Part shown: one piece after another, positions 53,848 to 64,000 of the stretch | Position numbering within the stretch: the stretch's first letter is position 1 | Layout: every line of letters starts with the position of its first letter | Origin: Schizochytrium sp. TIO01 | Taxonomy: Eukaryota; Protista; Bigyra: Labyrinthulomycetes | Reading direction: 5' to 3' | DNA length: 64,000 nucleotides | NCBI GenBank assembly: GCA_004764695.1 | Contig: SMSO01000025.1 | Location: 2,542,001 to 2,606,000, forward strand | The notes under the pieces: generated by a model | Database searches by the model: none | Seen by the model: the letters and a program-made list of their open reading frames with translations, nothing else | Told to the model about the DNA's origin: nothing | Program-made: the position numbers and the translations under genes

Positions 53848-54591
53848 ATGGTGGGCTTTCGAGCAAGTTTTTTGGTGGCGGTTTTCTCATGCATGACCGT
53901 GGCCATGGGCTCGGCGTCCGGGCTCGAAGTGCCGACCTTGGCGAAAAGCGAAAGCACGAACGTGAAGCCTTTATGGCCAGGCGAATTTAGCACTACGTTT
54001 GTAAGTAAATGGAAAAATACAACGGGAAACTATGCCGTTTTAGTCCGAGGCGATCATGGCGTTGGAGAGAGAATCGTGCTCGATGACGGCAGCCGCGATC
54101 ATCTTTGTAGCACCTTTCACAAGAATACTCCGTGCACACAACTCACAACGCAGGGGTTCCGGTTTTTGTATTTTCCTGAAGTCAAAGACTGCTGTAAATG
54201 TTGCACGTACACCCAAGGTACCTATGAGTGCGGTGGCCCGCTCGGCCCAAAGTGGCTTAACAATGTCACAGGCAACATGCAATATCAGGGCGTGGAAAGT
54301 GTGAACGGTCGCGATTGTCACAAATGGACTATCATTGGCCTTATGCCAGATCACCCCAACTTTTACTGGCAAGATGTAAAGACAGGTCTTCCATGTGGAA
54401 TGGAAGGATTCAACTATCTCAAGACCCCGGAGGAGCGTGCTGATGACCAGTACTTGTTCGATCCGAACGCCTTTGTACTCAAAGCTCCGCCTTCGCTTTT
54501 CTACGTTCCTAAAATTTGCCGCAACTCCCGCTACTGTGGCAAGCCTGTTTGTGCCACAGGTCCAGAGCTCTTTCTGCAAGATACAAAGTAG
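53848..54591 (+). CDS. Secreted Cys-rich protein, possibly ependymin-related (LolA-like) fold
   Basis: Signal peptide MVGFRASFLVAVFSCMTVAMGSASG. Pattern P.WPGEFS..., RFLYFPEVKDCCKCC, PLGPKWL, YQGVESVNGRDCHKW and PSLFYVPKIC, typical of ependymin-like families. Confidence 0.65.
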   Translation: MVGFRASFLVAVFSCMTVAMGSASGLEVPTLAKSESTNVKPLWPGEFSTTFVSKWKNTTGNYAVLVRGDHGVGERIVLDDGSRDHLCSTFHKNTPCTQLTTQGFRFLYFPEVKDCCKCCTYTQGTYECGGPLGPKWLNNVTGNMQYQGVESVNGRDCHKWTIIGLMPDHPNFYWQDVKTGLPCGMEGFNYLKTPEERADDQYLFDPNAFVLKAPPSLFYVPKICRNSRYCGKPVCATGPELFLQDTK

Positions 54592-54929
54592 AAAACTTTA
54601 GTAGTGCTGATCTTCACTTGTTAACCTCGAGTGCTGTCCACAATCATTAAATAGAAAAATAATGTCCGGTCTTTAGATTCATTTACATTTTGCGCTACAG
54701 GACACTAGCTTAGCTGGTTTGCAATGTGAGGTTAGTTCTTACCTGTGTAGCAATGAATGAAAGGTAAATTTAAGTATGAGAAACAACAAAAGAGTAAAGA
54801 AATTTGGTCAATAGAGACATGCCGCAATGTTATGCAGCCTGTGTATTTAGTTACTATGTGCGATTTGAATGCATTTTATGATTGAACATGCGTCCTTGTA
54901 GGGTCATGATGGATATGATTATTCAAAGA

Positions 54930-56075
54930 TTACTTTTCAGCAGAGCCCGTGAGCGCCTTGCGCACACGACCAACAATGGGGCCATCATCACCGCTGTTGA
55001 CAATGTCGAGCGGGGTGCGACCCTTGTTGTCCTTCACAGACGGGTCTACACCTTCGCACGATACGAGGTGTGAGACAGCCGCAACAGAGGCCATTTCACA
55101 AGCCCAGTGCAGAGCGGTCTTGCCATCAGGGTCCTGAGCATTAAGGTCCTCCGGCTTGAGGTGCGGGAGGAGCATATCAATGAGTTCAACCTTGTTCCAG
55201 CTCGCAAACTTGTGCAAAGCAGTGAGACCGTAGGCATCAGCGCCACCAGCATCTACTGCGTCGTCCTTGAGGTACTTAGCAATCTCTTCCACATCACCGG
55301 GGAAGTCAATCAGCTTCGAGAGGACCTTTCCTTGCGAGCGAGCGTCACCTTTTCCAGATACACTTCCGGAGGTTACACGGCCAGCCGTCTTAGAGAACAT
55401 TGTCTTCTCCGAAATGCTAACCCTCTTGAGTCCAGCGAGGGCATTGGAGAGGCCACCCTTAAGCATGTTGGCACGACTGGTAAGTTCCTTATTGCTAACA
55501 TCATGTGTGCGAGTGCTGTGCGACTTGTATTCATCGGTGATGGCTTGTACAGCAGCACGAGTTTCATCATCCTGCTCCTCGAGCCATGAATCAAATACAT
55601 GTACGAGCTTGTTCTCACCGTTATCATGGGAGACATCTGCAGGGCCTCTACCCCACTTATCCTTGATGGTCATAGATGCGCCTTGATCCAGGAGCAACTG
55701 AGCTGCTTTGACAGCGTCTTTATCTCCGGATCCTGCGCACAAATGAAGAGGGGTTTCCAGCCACTGATTCTGCGCGTTAAGAAGGGCAAGTCCACGTTCA
55801 TCTTGAAAGAGCATTTTCATCGCGCGCTGAGATGCGTAAAGCGATGCAAGATGGAGACAGGTATCTCCGCGAGGAGTTCGCAGGTCGATGTCGACACGAT
55901 CATCATTGAGAAGGGCCTCAAGAAGCTTAACATCATCGTTAAGGCAGGAGTAGTGCAGAGCAGAGCGACCGTCTTTATCAATGCTGTTCACCTGCTCGGG
56001 AGTTGTGCTCGAGTCTGCAAGAGCCTCCTTGACACCATCAATGTCACCGCAAGCCGCAAGGTCCACGAGATCCAT
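54930..56075 (-). CDS. Ankyrin-repeat protein (two ANK clusters separated by a linker)
   Basis: DKDGRSALHY, GDTCLHLA, ETPLHLCA, DKWGRGP; then DAYGLTALHKFA, DPDGKTALHWA and DNKGRTPLD. Confidence 0.92.
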   Translation of the reverse strand: MDLVDLAACGDIDGVKEALADSSTTPEQVNSIDKDGRSALHYSCLNDDVKLLEALLNDDRVDIDLRTPRGDTCLHLASLYASQRAMKMLFQDERGLALLNAQNQWLETPLHLCAGSGDKDAVKAAQLLLDQGASMTIKDKWGRGPADVSHDNGENKLVHVFDSWLEEQDDETRAAVQAITDEYKSHSTRTHDVSNKELTSRANMLKGGLSNALAGLKRVSISEKTMFSKTAGRVTSGSVSGKGDARSQGKVLSKLIDFPGDVEEIAKYLKDDAVDAGGADAYGLTALHKFASWNKVELIDMLLPHLKPEDLNAQDPDGKTALHWACEMASVAAVSHLVSCEGVDPSVKDNKGRTPLDIVNSGDDGPIVGRVRKALTGSAEK

Positions 56076-57421
56076 TTTGCTGAGGTCACGAAAGAGCTGA
56101 TATTTAGTCGCTGTTTGAACTATGTACGGTACAAACAGCGTCTGCGAGGGTCTCTTGGTTTCGACTTTGCTTCACGCGCTTGGCGTTTGTGCTCTTCTAG
56201 GTTGGCTTTTTTGCAGTTTGCACAACGGGGCGCTAAACACATCAGAGTTATACACACACGTGACTAATAATACCTAAATACTACTAGTACCTGATTACTA
56301 ATATTCGATATCAAATAAAATTAAATCCAAGAGAAGCCTGAACAATCAGTCCATGTTAGGACCAAGCACAATCAAAACACTCGAAGTGTCTGCGAGAGGC
56401 CTGGCATAGCATAATATTCCTGCACTCGCACAAACAAAACCAAGAAACAGAATGAGTGGGGAAAACAATGAAAGAGATACGCGTGGGTGCTCGATGTTTT
56501 GATTAAAACATATAAGCAATCATAAACTTTTTCGATCGAAAGAGCGAACTTCGTCGAAGGAGGAATAAAGTCAGCCTCTCAGCCTGGAAGACTTTTGACA
56601 AAGTTAGAAGACTTTATTTGTATATACTCAAGCCCATCGTGGCACTGGCAGGACCAGGGCCTGAGAAGTACGCTGCACGCCTATGTAGAAGAGGGTGGGT
56701 GGCCAAGGTGGGTGAGAGAGCGAGTTTCTGGATTTATGCACGTAGTACAGTTTCATTTAGCAAGCAGTGGTGCACACTTTGTAGATCGATAGTATAATAT
56801 GATCAAATAGGGTCTCAACAACAATAGTTCGCTTCTTCGTATAGTATTTGTTCTACAGAAACATGCGTGCGAAAGAATGGTCTTGTGCAGGAGCTGGGAT
56901 AGGCTTCAGTACACTGGGTTGGGATCGTAGGGAGCAAAGGTGGGTCAAATGCAGGTGTGCAAAACCATCAACTATGGTAGGGAGTAGTAACTACCCTACC
57001 AAGAATCTAGACGGTGCTCTACATCTGGTAACAGCAGTACCTGGAGATGGTCATGAGCGTCTTGGCGTGAGATCATGAATTATGGGATTAGTATGCAACA
57101 TTTGCGGTGGATAACTAAGCAATATTCGTTTTATCATATGATGTCAATATTTGCAAAAACGCAAAGTCTATGTATGTCGTGAGGTCCGAATATGAATGTT
57201 CAAGTTATCCTTCACTTTCTTCACTTTGACAAGCTAAACAAAAAAAATGTATTGTATGTTACGAACAAAAGAATTAACGATGCACCGGGGAGACTTGCGT
57301 GTAGATGCCACATTAGGCAAAGAGAAAAGAGTTAAATGCAAAAGTATAAATGCACATATATGAGCGACATCTAACAGCTTTCACAGCGCATGCAACAGCT
57401 TAATTGTGTAGTGCCTAATGT

Positions 57422-59230
57422 CTATGACGAAGGGGGAGGTTGCTGGTGCATATAGCCACTCAAGATATTATTGTTTTCTGCATTCCAGTTTTGAACGTTG
57501 TTGTTCTGGTAAAAGGCCTCATGGTGATTTTCGTACTCCTCTTCGTAAGACTGGGCTTCAACTTCAGCCTCAAAGTCATGCACCTGTTGCGTGCGAATTG
57601 GCTCAACATGAGGTAAATCAGAATCGCTGCTAGAATCCTCCATGGAATGAGGAGGTACAGGGTCCTGAATGCTGGGAGGTGTCGGTCTAGAGGACGACGG
57701 ATCAGATACTGAAGCTTCGAGCCGATTGATCTCCTGCTGAACATGTGGACTCGTAGGTGACTGAGTCTCAATCGCTGGGGATGGTGCACTATCACGTCTC
57801 CAGAGAAGAATGTTCTCTAACGCAGTAGCGAGCTTCTGAGAGACCACCAACGCTTCCATAGGTGGCATATCATCCATATTATAAAGATTTGGGCTAATCA
57901 CGATTGCGAGATTTTTCAGTGTCATCTTATTCTGACTCTCGTTCTGGGCGATGGAGCAAAGAAGATCTAACAACCAGAGAAACACGGACCGTGCAGGCTC
58001 TGAGAGGTCATCCATAGCTTTGGGGATATTGCCTTTAGGGTTAGGGGCCTCAGCAATTTGCACCACCTGATCACGCGAGAGCTGGCCTAAGAGACTAGGC
58101 TTGAGCTCTCTAAAAAATTGTTTGATGAGGTTTGCAGGGACGTGCGGATCTGTACATCCATCAAGAACTTCGGCACCTACGCCTGTGTTCAGGGCATTCT
58201 TCACATATTGACACTCAGTGCCATCCGGGGCAATGCGGAAGATACCTTCAGTAGTGAGGCCACCCAGCCTCTCCAGATGCTTGCGTAGAATGACTAAGAC
58301 AATTGGGATACGCGAGTCATATCCTTCGATTTCAACCCTTGGACATTGTGCCAGTTCAACACCAAATAGTGCCTGCTTACTGACATCCCAATCCTTGGGT
58401 AAACCAGAAAACCGGGCTGTCTTCGTATCGAACCGCACATGAAGCTTATGTTCAACACCGAAAGGCGCACTCACCGTAATTTCACTTCCTTCATCAGGGG
58501 CATCTGCCTTGCCTAGTCCTTTACCACTCTTGCTCTTCCGGCTCTTGCGCATTGATTTGTCATCCTTTGAACTTGCCTCTTGAGAGTTATCCCCAGACAT
58601 TATTGCAGCAGCACTTACTGTGCCAGAAGATCCTGATGAGTTTGCAGGATTATGGCCAGGGCCAAAACTCCCACCAAAAAAGCGGCGGCGCCGTCCTCCA
58701 CCACCTCCGCTTCCAGGCGAGCGCTGTGCAGGGGTTTGAGCTATACCTCCTGCCGTAGACTGTGCAGATACATCTGGATCGTAAGTTTGTACAGCCGCAG
58801 ACTCGGTCTCCAGCCCAAGCGGGTCTGGAAGAGTCCAGCGAGTCTCATCACTTTGAGGGTTCCACCAGTAGTCCTTTTCAGGACCTTCTACACGCTCCCA
58901 GGCAAGCTGCGGAGGAGCCGGAGGCGCCTTATTACTTGAACTCATTTTTTGCGTTTCCTGGTCTATTTGTTGCTGGTGGTGATTGAAAGGGTTATGGTGA
59001 TGGTGCTGGTGCGGGTGCTGTTGCGGATTTCCCACCTCAATCTTCTCCATGGTGTGTACCTCATCGGCAGTGAGAGATGAGGGTTCCGTCCACTGGGTCT
59101 GACCGCTTTGTTGATCCCAGTAGTAGTGCTCTCCGCTGGTTTTGTTGCAGATATGGACCCAGCTATGACGTTTTTTGGCTGACCCATTCGCCATTGGTTC
59201 GAACTGATGTTGGTGCCTTAGAGACGCCAT
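57422..59230 (-). CDS. WW-WW-CRIB-RhoGAP protein
   Basis: Probable start MASLRH at 59230. WW motifs (SW..ICNKTSGEHYYWDQQSGQTQWTEP; AWERV..KDYWWNPQSDETRWTLP), CRIB (VSAPFGVEHKLHV) and RhoGAP with its arginine finger (EGIFRIAP, PANLIKQFFREL, NKMTLKNLAIVISPNL). Confidence 0.92.
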   Translation of the reverse strand: MASLRHQHQFEPMANGSAKKRHSWVHICNKTSGEHYYWDQQSGQTQWTEPSSLTADEVHTMEKIEVGNPQQHPHQHHHHNPFNHHQQQIDQETQKMSSSNKAPPAPPQLAWERVEGPEKDYWWNPQSDETRWTLPDPLGLETESAAVQTYDPDVSAQSTAGGIAQTPAQRSPGSGGGGGRRRRFFGGSFGPGHNPANSSGSSGTVSAAAIMSGDNSQEASSKDDKSMRKSRKSKSGKGLGKADAPDEGSEITVSAPFGVEHKLHVRFDTKTARFSGLPKDWDVSKQALFGVELAQCPRVEIEGYDSRIPIVLVILRKHLERLGGLTTEGIFRIAPDGTECQYVKNALNTGVGAEVLDGCTDPHVPANLIKQFFRELKPSLLGQLSRDQVVQIAEAPNPKGNIPKAMDDLSEPARSVFLWLLDLLCSIAQNESQNKMTLKNLAIVISPNLYNMDDMPPMEALVVSQKLATALENILLWRRDSAPSPAIETQSPTSPHVQQEINRLEASVSDPSSSRPTPPSIQDPVPPHSMEDSSSDSDLPHVEPIRTQQVHDFEAEVEAQSYEEEYENHHEAFYQNNNVQNWNAENNNILSGYMHQQPPPSS

Positions 59231-62200
59231 CTTTTGCGTCTCGTTGCTTAGATTATATATAAACTGCGTTGCTGTGCAAAGCTCGACGTAAAGACCTCCA
59301 CACAAAAGCTATTCCACCTCTCACGACTGTCTGGGGTGATACTCTGATATAGTTCTGCGCCTATATGTGGTCTCGTAGAGAAAGCCAAAGGATTTGATAC
59401 TTCGTAAGTTGTGTATCGACAGCCTCAAAATTGCTCAGCAATGTGCAGCTAAATCAATTCCACGTTGAGCTCCAGCAAATACGTTGCTTCACTTGCACAA
59501 ACACACCAAGATCCTGATGGACCTAAGCACCGCAAACGATTTCTTGAAGCGAGCTCCGTCTGTCGAAGAGACCGAAGTCACAAACAGGACGGTGAGACGA
59601 ACCCAAGCGAGCTTAAGCTAACTAATCGAAGAAGTGGACGAACAACAATGCTAATCGCCGCCGCGGCCGGGCGCGAGCAGGCGCGGCGGAGGGTTCTGGA
59701 GGCGGCTGCAGCTGCAGGTCAGAGCTGGCCAGCTGACTTGGGAGTCCCTACACGGGCGCAGGTGCCGAATTTCGCAGGCGGGACTATCTTGGTCTGCGCG
59801 CCTTGGGGCGGATATTGTTCTGAGATCGATCATCCGCCGTCCTGGCAGCTAAGCAGGGCCTTATTATACCCGTATCTATCCCTGAATCGCAAGAACTCAC
59901 AAAACCCCATATTAAATCTGTGTAAAAATACCCATAGTTGCAAAGGCCCTCGTTCGGCGAGGCAATCGATGCGGTGCAGCAGAAGTACGGCCTGGTGCAA
60001 AAGCAGGAATAGGAATAGAAGACAGTCAGTCAGCTGGCCTGCGTTGCAGTGACACCTAGCGTCTTCCTAGGTACGCATGAGATGCACCAAGGAATTCTTT
60101 CCGTGGACGTGCCAGACTTGCTTGGCTGCTTGGCTGCTCGGTGTTGTTGTCTTCCAAGGCGGTGTACTACGCGTTGGCAACTTGGCAACTTGGCAGGGAA
60201 GCTGCGTCGCTCTCGAGATTGCTCAGGAAGACGAAGGCTATGTAGAAACGCAAGATCATACCACGCATTCTTGGCGAGTGCAATCCGTTGGAGCATGGAT
60301 GCGAGCAGCTGGAAAGGCTTAGGGACAAGCATTCAGAGAAATTCGGCGCCCTCGCGAGGCCTGCGACGCAGAAATTAGTGCCCGAAGAGTACCAACTTGG
60401 CTGCAGTAGGCTCATTGGAGCTGTTTCGACAACTGCAGGGAGATATGAAGGAGGTGCTGAGTAAATGAAAAATGTCCCAAAGAGGCATATCTTGTGGGAC
60501 TGATAGCTCTGTGTCTATCTACCCCCAGTTTCCGTGTCCGTTTGCTGTGGAGCACCAAAAGTACCAGACACTGCAATTGTTCTGACTCAAGAACTGCGTC
60601 ATCTCCCAGTCTCATCTTCTCTAGCCAGCCTGAATAGCGTATGCGGAGGTCTCTCGAAGGAAGCGAAGAGGTGCCTCTCACTGCTTACTGGACCATATTT
60701 TAGCCCCATTAGCTCTATTAGCTGCATTCGTAAGGTGGTGATATTCCAGATACGCCTTTGACAAGAACTATTCTTTGTAATTCCGAAAGGCTTGACGTAC
60801 TCTGATCAATGGCGAGCCCTTGCAAATGGTTCTAGTTGTTGAGGCAGAATATGACATCAAGCATAAAGACGCGAATAGATTAGTAGTGTATGGAGGTTCA
60901 ACAAAGCTAACGAACAGAGGTGGTGAACAGTACATGCATACTAAATAGTAGCCGAGAAAGGAGGACTATCGCGGGCATGACCTACCGGTGCGTCCTTAAG
61001 CTGGTTATTCATGATGTGTCCCGGCAAATGGCGTCTCGTGGCCCGGCTCTTTGTCACGATACCATACGCTCCCGGTGTGGTCTTGCATGAAGACCTTGAA
61101 GTCAAGCAAATGGGGGTATCTTTGCCAGACTTTGGGAAACACTGAAAGGAGTCTGCCATTACTTATATGCATCAGGCGAAAGAAATTCAAGTGACTTAGC
61201 TCAGTATTGGCCAGCAAGTGTGCATGGCTTAACCAAAGAGAGTACTTTGGTTTGTCATGTTTGTTTAGTATGTATGTTTGGGGCATTATCGATTTCCATG
61301 AGCATGAGCAAGAATGTTCTTTAACTTACAACCACTACTAAAGATTGTAGTGTGCGTAAATTACTGAACAGGCTAATATTCTGGAGATTTGAGTCTCCTC
61401 ACCAGTTCGTCTTCATTAGATAGTTCATTGGCGCTTGAACGGAGAATACAAATTTATAAATTCAATTTTCATTAGAAATGTTTCCTTAACGTAACATATA
61501 GATCTTGTTGCATGCAGTCACGCAATAATTATTACTCTTAGCAGTCAAATACAATATTCACACTACTTTATAAAATAGACTTGAGTAGCAACACCACTCT
61601 TTATATGGGTGAGTAGTCGAGAGTTAAAGCACCTTGCACCCGCCTCTAAAAAATCTCACCATCATGCGAGATTCTGCACTTGAAAATGTTTTCCTTTTGT
61701 ATTTATGGTGAACAGGCTCTTTTATTTATTAAGTGTTATCCTGAAACTTGGGAAAATCGGAAAGAAACAGAACAGAGCAAATAGTGTATTGTGTTTTATC
61801 TCTTTTCTGTACATACTGATTCTTTTAAAGTATAAAAGAATCTGAACAAAAAATGGTCAAACTTAAGAGAGTATTCTCCATACAACAGCCAAAATAGATT
61901 GACATGAACAGATACGTACAAGCTTCGTCCACAACAGCATTCTAGAGCCCGTAGTTTCCTATATTATGCTGTCCGACATCAACATTAAAGATAGCCTTAC
62001 TTAGCTCATGGAAACTGAGCCAACGACGTTGATCATAGGCCACCTGACCTTGGCATCCTGAGAGAACTAAGCCTCTCAGAGTCAACCAAGGGATATGCCG
62101 AGCAAATTCATATTTTCCTCAACAAGTCGGGAGCTTGGGTGAAACAATTATTTGGGTTAAATTAAAAATGGTTTTCAATTATTTTAAAAAATCAGTCTGG

Positions 62201-63020
62201 CTAGGCTAGCTTCTGGTAAAAAAATTACACTAAATACCTACATTACTTGCTAATAGTTCACTACGAATCTAATTGTTTTACAGAACGTCTTTTTTCTTGA
62301 AAACGGCGAACTAGCATATTTGCAAAATACGTAAGACAACAACATAGACAAAGCTACGCAACCCATTTTACTACTTCGTCCACCATAAATGCCAAGCGCT
62401 CAGCCATATCTGAGTCACGGTCTATGGCTCCAGGTACACGAAAGGCTTTCTTCACGATAGCCACTCTGTTGTCTTCTTTAATTTCGGCGAAACATCCCAG
62501 AAGACTAATTTTTCCAGCGCGATCCCCAATACCTTCATGCCAATCCAGAATAAACTCGAGTTCATGAGTCTCGAAACATTCCTCGCTCCTTCAACTTCTC
62601 GCCGCCTGCTCTTCAAGCCCCCCGCCCCCAAGATACCAAGTAGCCCTGCCTAGCTAGCTAGGTACCTAGACATCAGTCAGTGCCTTTTGCAATCTATCTC
62701 CAATCCCGAAAGGGACGGTTGCCCTGGGTCCCAAACGGCACGCAAGTTGGAACCTTGGCATACGTGGATTACGTAATCTGGTAGTTCGTTAGGAGGTGCT
62801 ATGGTAAAGGCTAGGAAGGCGCGAGCACTTGGAAAAGATTTGCTGTATTTTTCGGGCATTATCATCACTCGCATATTGCTCGGACTCGGCTCGGGCTCGG
62901 GTCGGCTCGGAACGGAGCTCCATCCTCCAAGTTTTGCGGTTGGCGGTCTGAGATCAATGCAGTTTGCACCACCGGCGATTTGATGGCCTAATCTCCAGCG
63001 AAAGCCTGAGCTCGGGCGTC

Positions 63021-63075
63021 GAATGACATCGAATGACATCGAATGTCATCGATTCTAAAGGCGATTCTAAAGGCG
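63021..63075. repeat. Short tandem repeats GAATGACATC x3 (one variant) followed by GATTCTAAAGGC x2
   Basis: Directly visible: gaatgacatc gaatgacatc gaatgtcatc gattctaaaggc gattctaaaggc. Confidence 0.85.
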
Positions 63076-64000
63076 CTTCAAGATGTAAGTGTCCAGGCAA
63101 ATTATTTGCGTGCACGCTAACTAAACTAACCTGTGTTATAAAAACGAAGGCGTCTCTGCTGTTTAAAGGTGGGAAGTGCTCTCGTGTATCTCAACCAACA
63201 TTCATTCATTCATTCATCCATGGACGGACAGCCTTACGCTTGCTTCTCTAAAGTGATGATGAATGTGCACGAGCCAAAGGAAGGTCAGCTCCCGACGGTG
63301 GCCCGAGGAGGGTAAACGTGTGTAATGCGTGGGCAAAGTGGCATGCCTGATGCTGCTTTGATCGACCGAACAGTGCGAGTTCTCTGCTTCGATCTGCAGG
63401 CTGGCTCTGTATGTATGATTGCGATGGCTTTGATTGCAGTTTCTTTTTGTTTCCATAGTTAACTTTTGTCAGTTTGAAAGGAAGAGTAACTAAAGTTTGT
63501 TTACTGCTCGAAAAAATTAATTAATGAAAATTGGTGTAGCTACCATTAATTGTGACTCTAGCTAGCTAGATACCTTTTTTAATATTAAATATTTAAAAGA
63601 GAGGGTAATAGTGATAATGAGATTAAAACATGGTTTTCATTTTAATTTCAGGAGGAAAAAAAAGTGAGAGGCAAAAAGAGGAGAGGACAGAGAATTAGAG
63701 AAAACACAATCAGTGGTATCTCGCGTTGTTGTTATTGGCACACCAATGAAATAGACTAACCTTTGATTAATCATGCCTGTAAAGTGCGTAGGATGCCGCA
63801 TTGGGTAGTTAGTCAGATTTGGCTATTAGCTACAAGCGATTTACCAAATATAAATTAGAGCACCCTCAAAATGCAGTTTTGGACAATCTGGCAATGTCCA
63901 AATTCAACTGGCTGTTTGTCGATTCTGAATCGGGAAATGGCACTCGATTCAAAATAATCTTCTTTATTCTGTAACCTTGAATTACCTTTTTTCCCCTATC

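Noticed and set aside
63253-63350. GTGATGA...CTGA spaced like a C/D snoRNA
   Set aside because: No convincing terminal stem or rRNA-complementary guide could be identified by eye.
1-64000. CRISPR arrays, rRNA/tRNA, transposase/RT or giant-virus genes
   Set aside because: No repeat-spacer arrays, structural RNA signatures or mobile-element/viral ORFs were recognised; all long ORFs are cellular eukaryotic genes.

Overview
Gene-dense, intron-poor eukaryotic genomic DNA from a flagellated protist. A stramenopile, probably a thraustochytrid/labyrinthulomycete, is inferred from gene content, moderate GC and near-absence of introns; it is not proven. I can support 15 protein-coding genes, in order: TYW1 (runs off the left edge and is missing from the ORF track); spliced RPL8; a block of four consecutive probable ciliary genes in two head-to-head pairs (beta-type outer-arm dynein heavy chain / IFT139, and a small spliced C20orf85/C2orf50-like protein / LRRC43-like); a C2-domain protein; an FSH1 serine hydrolase-HAD fusion; RAD54; a degenerate PDI-like protein; a ~1540-aa spliced SCAMP-GRAM-cNMP(PDZ insert)-GRAM-cNMP-CaaX protein; an EXS (XPR1/PHO1-like) protein with an eroded SPX domain; a secreted Cys-rich protein; an ankyrin protein; and a WW-WW-CRIB-RhoGAP. 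No rRNA, tRNA, CRISPR array or intact mobile element was recognised. The most novel-looking object is the SCAMP fusion protein, followed by the ciliary gene block with its small unannotated member. All domain calls come from reading motifs by eye; no database searches were run.
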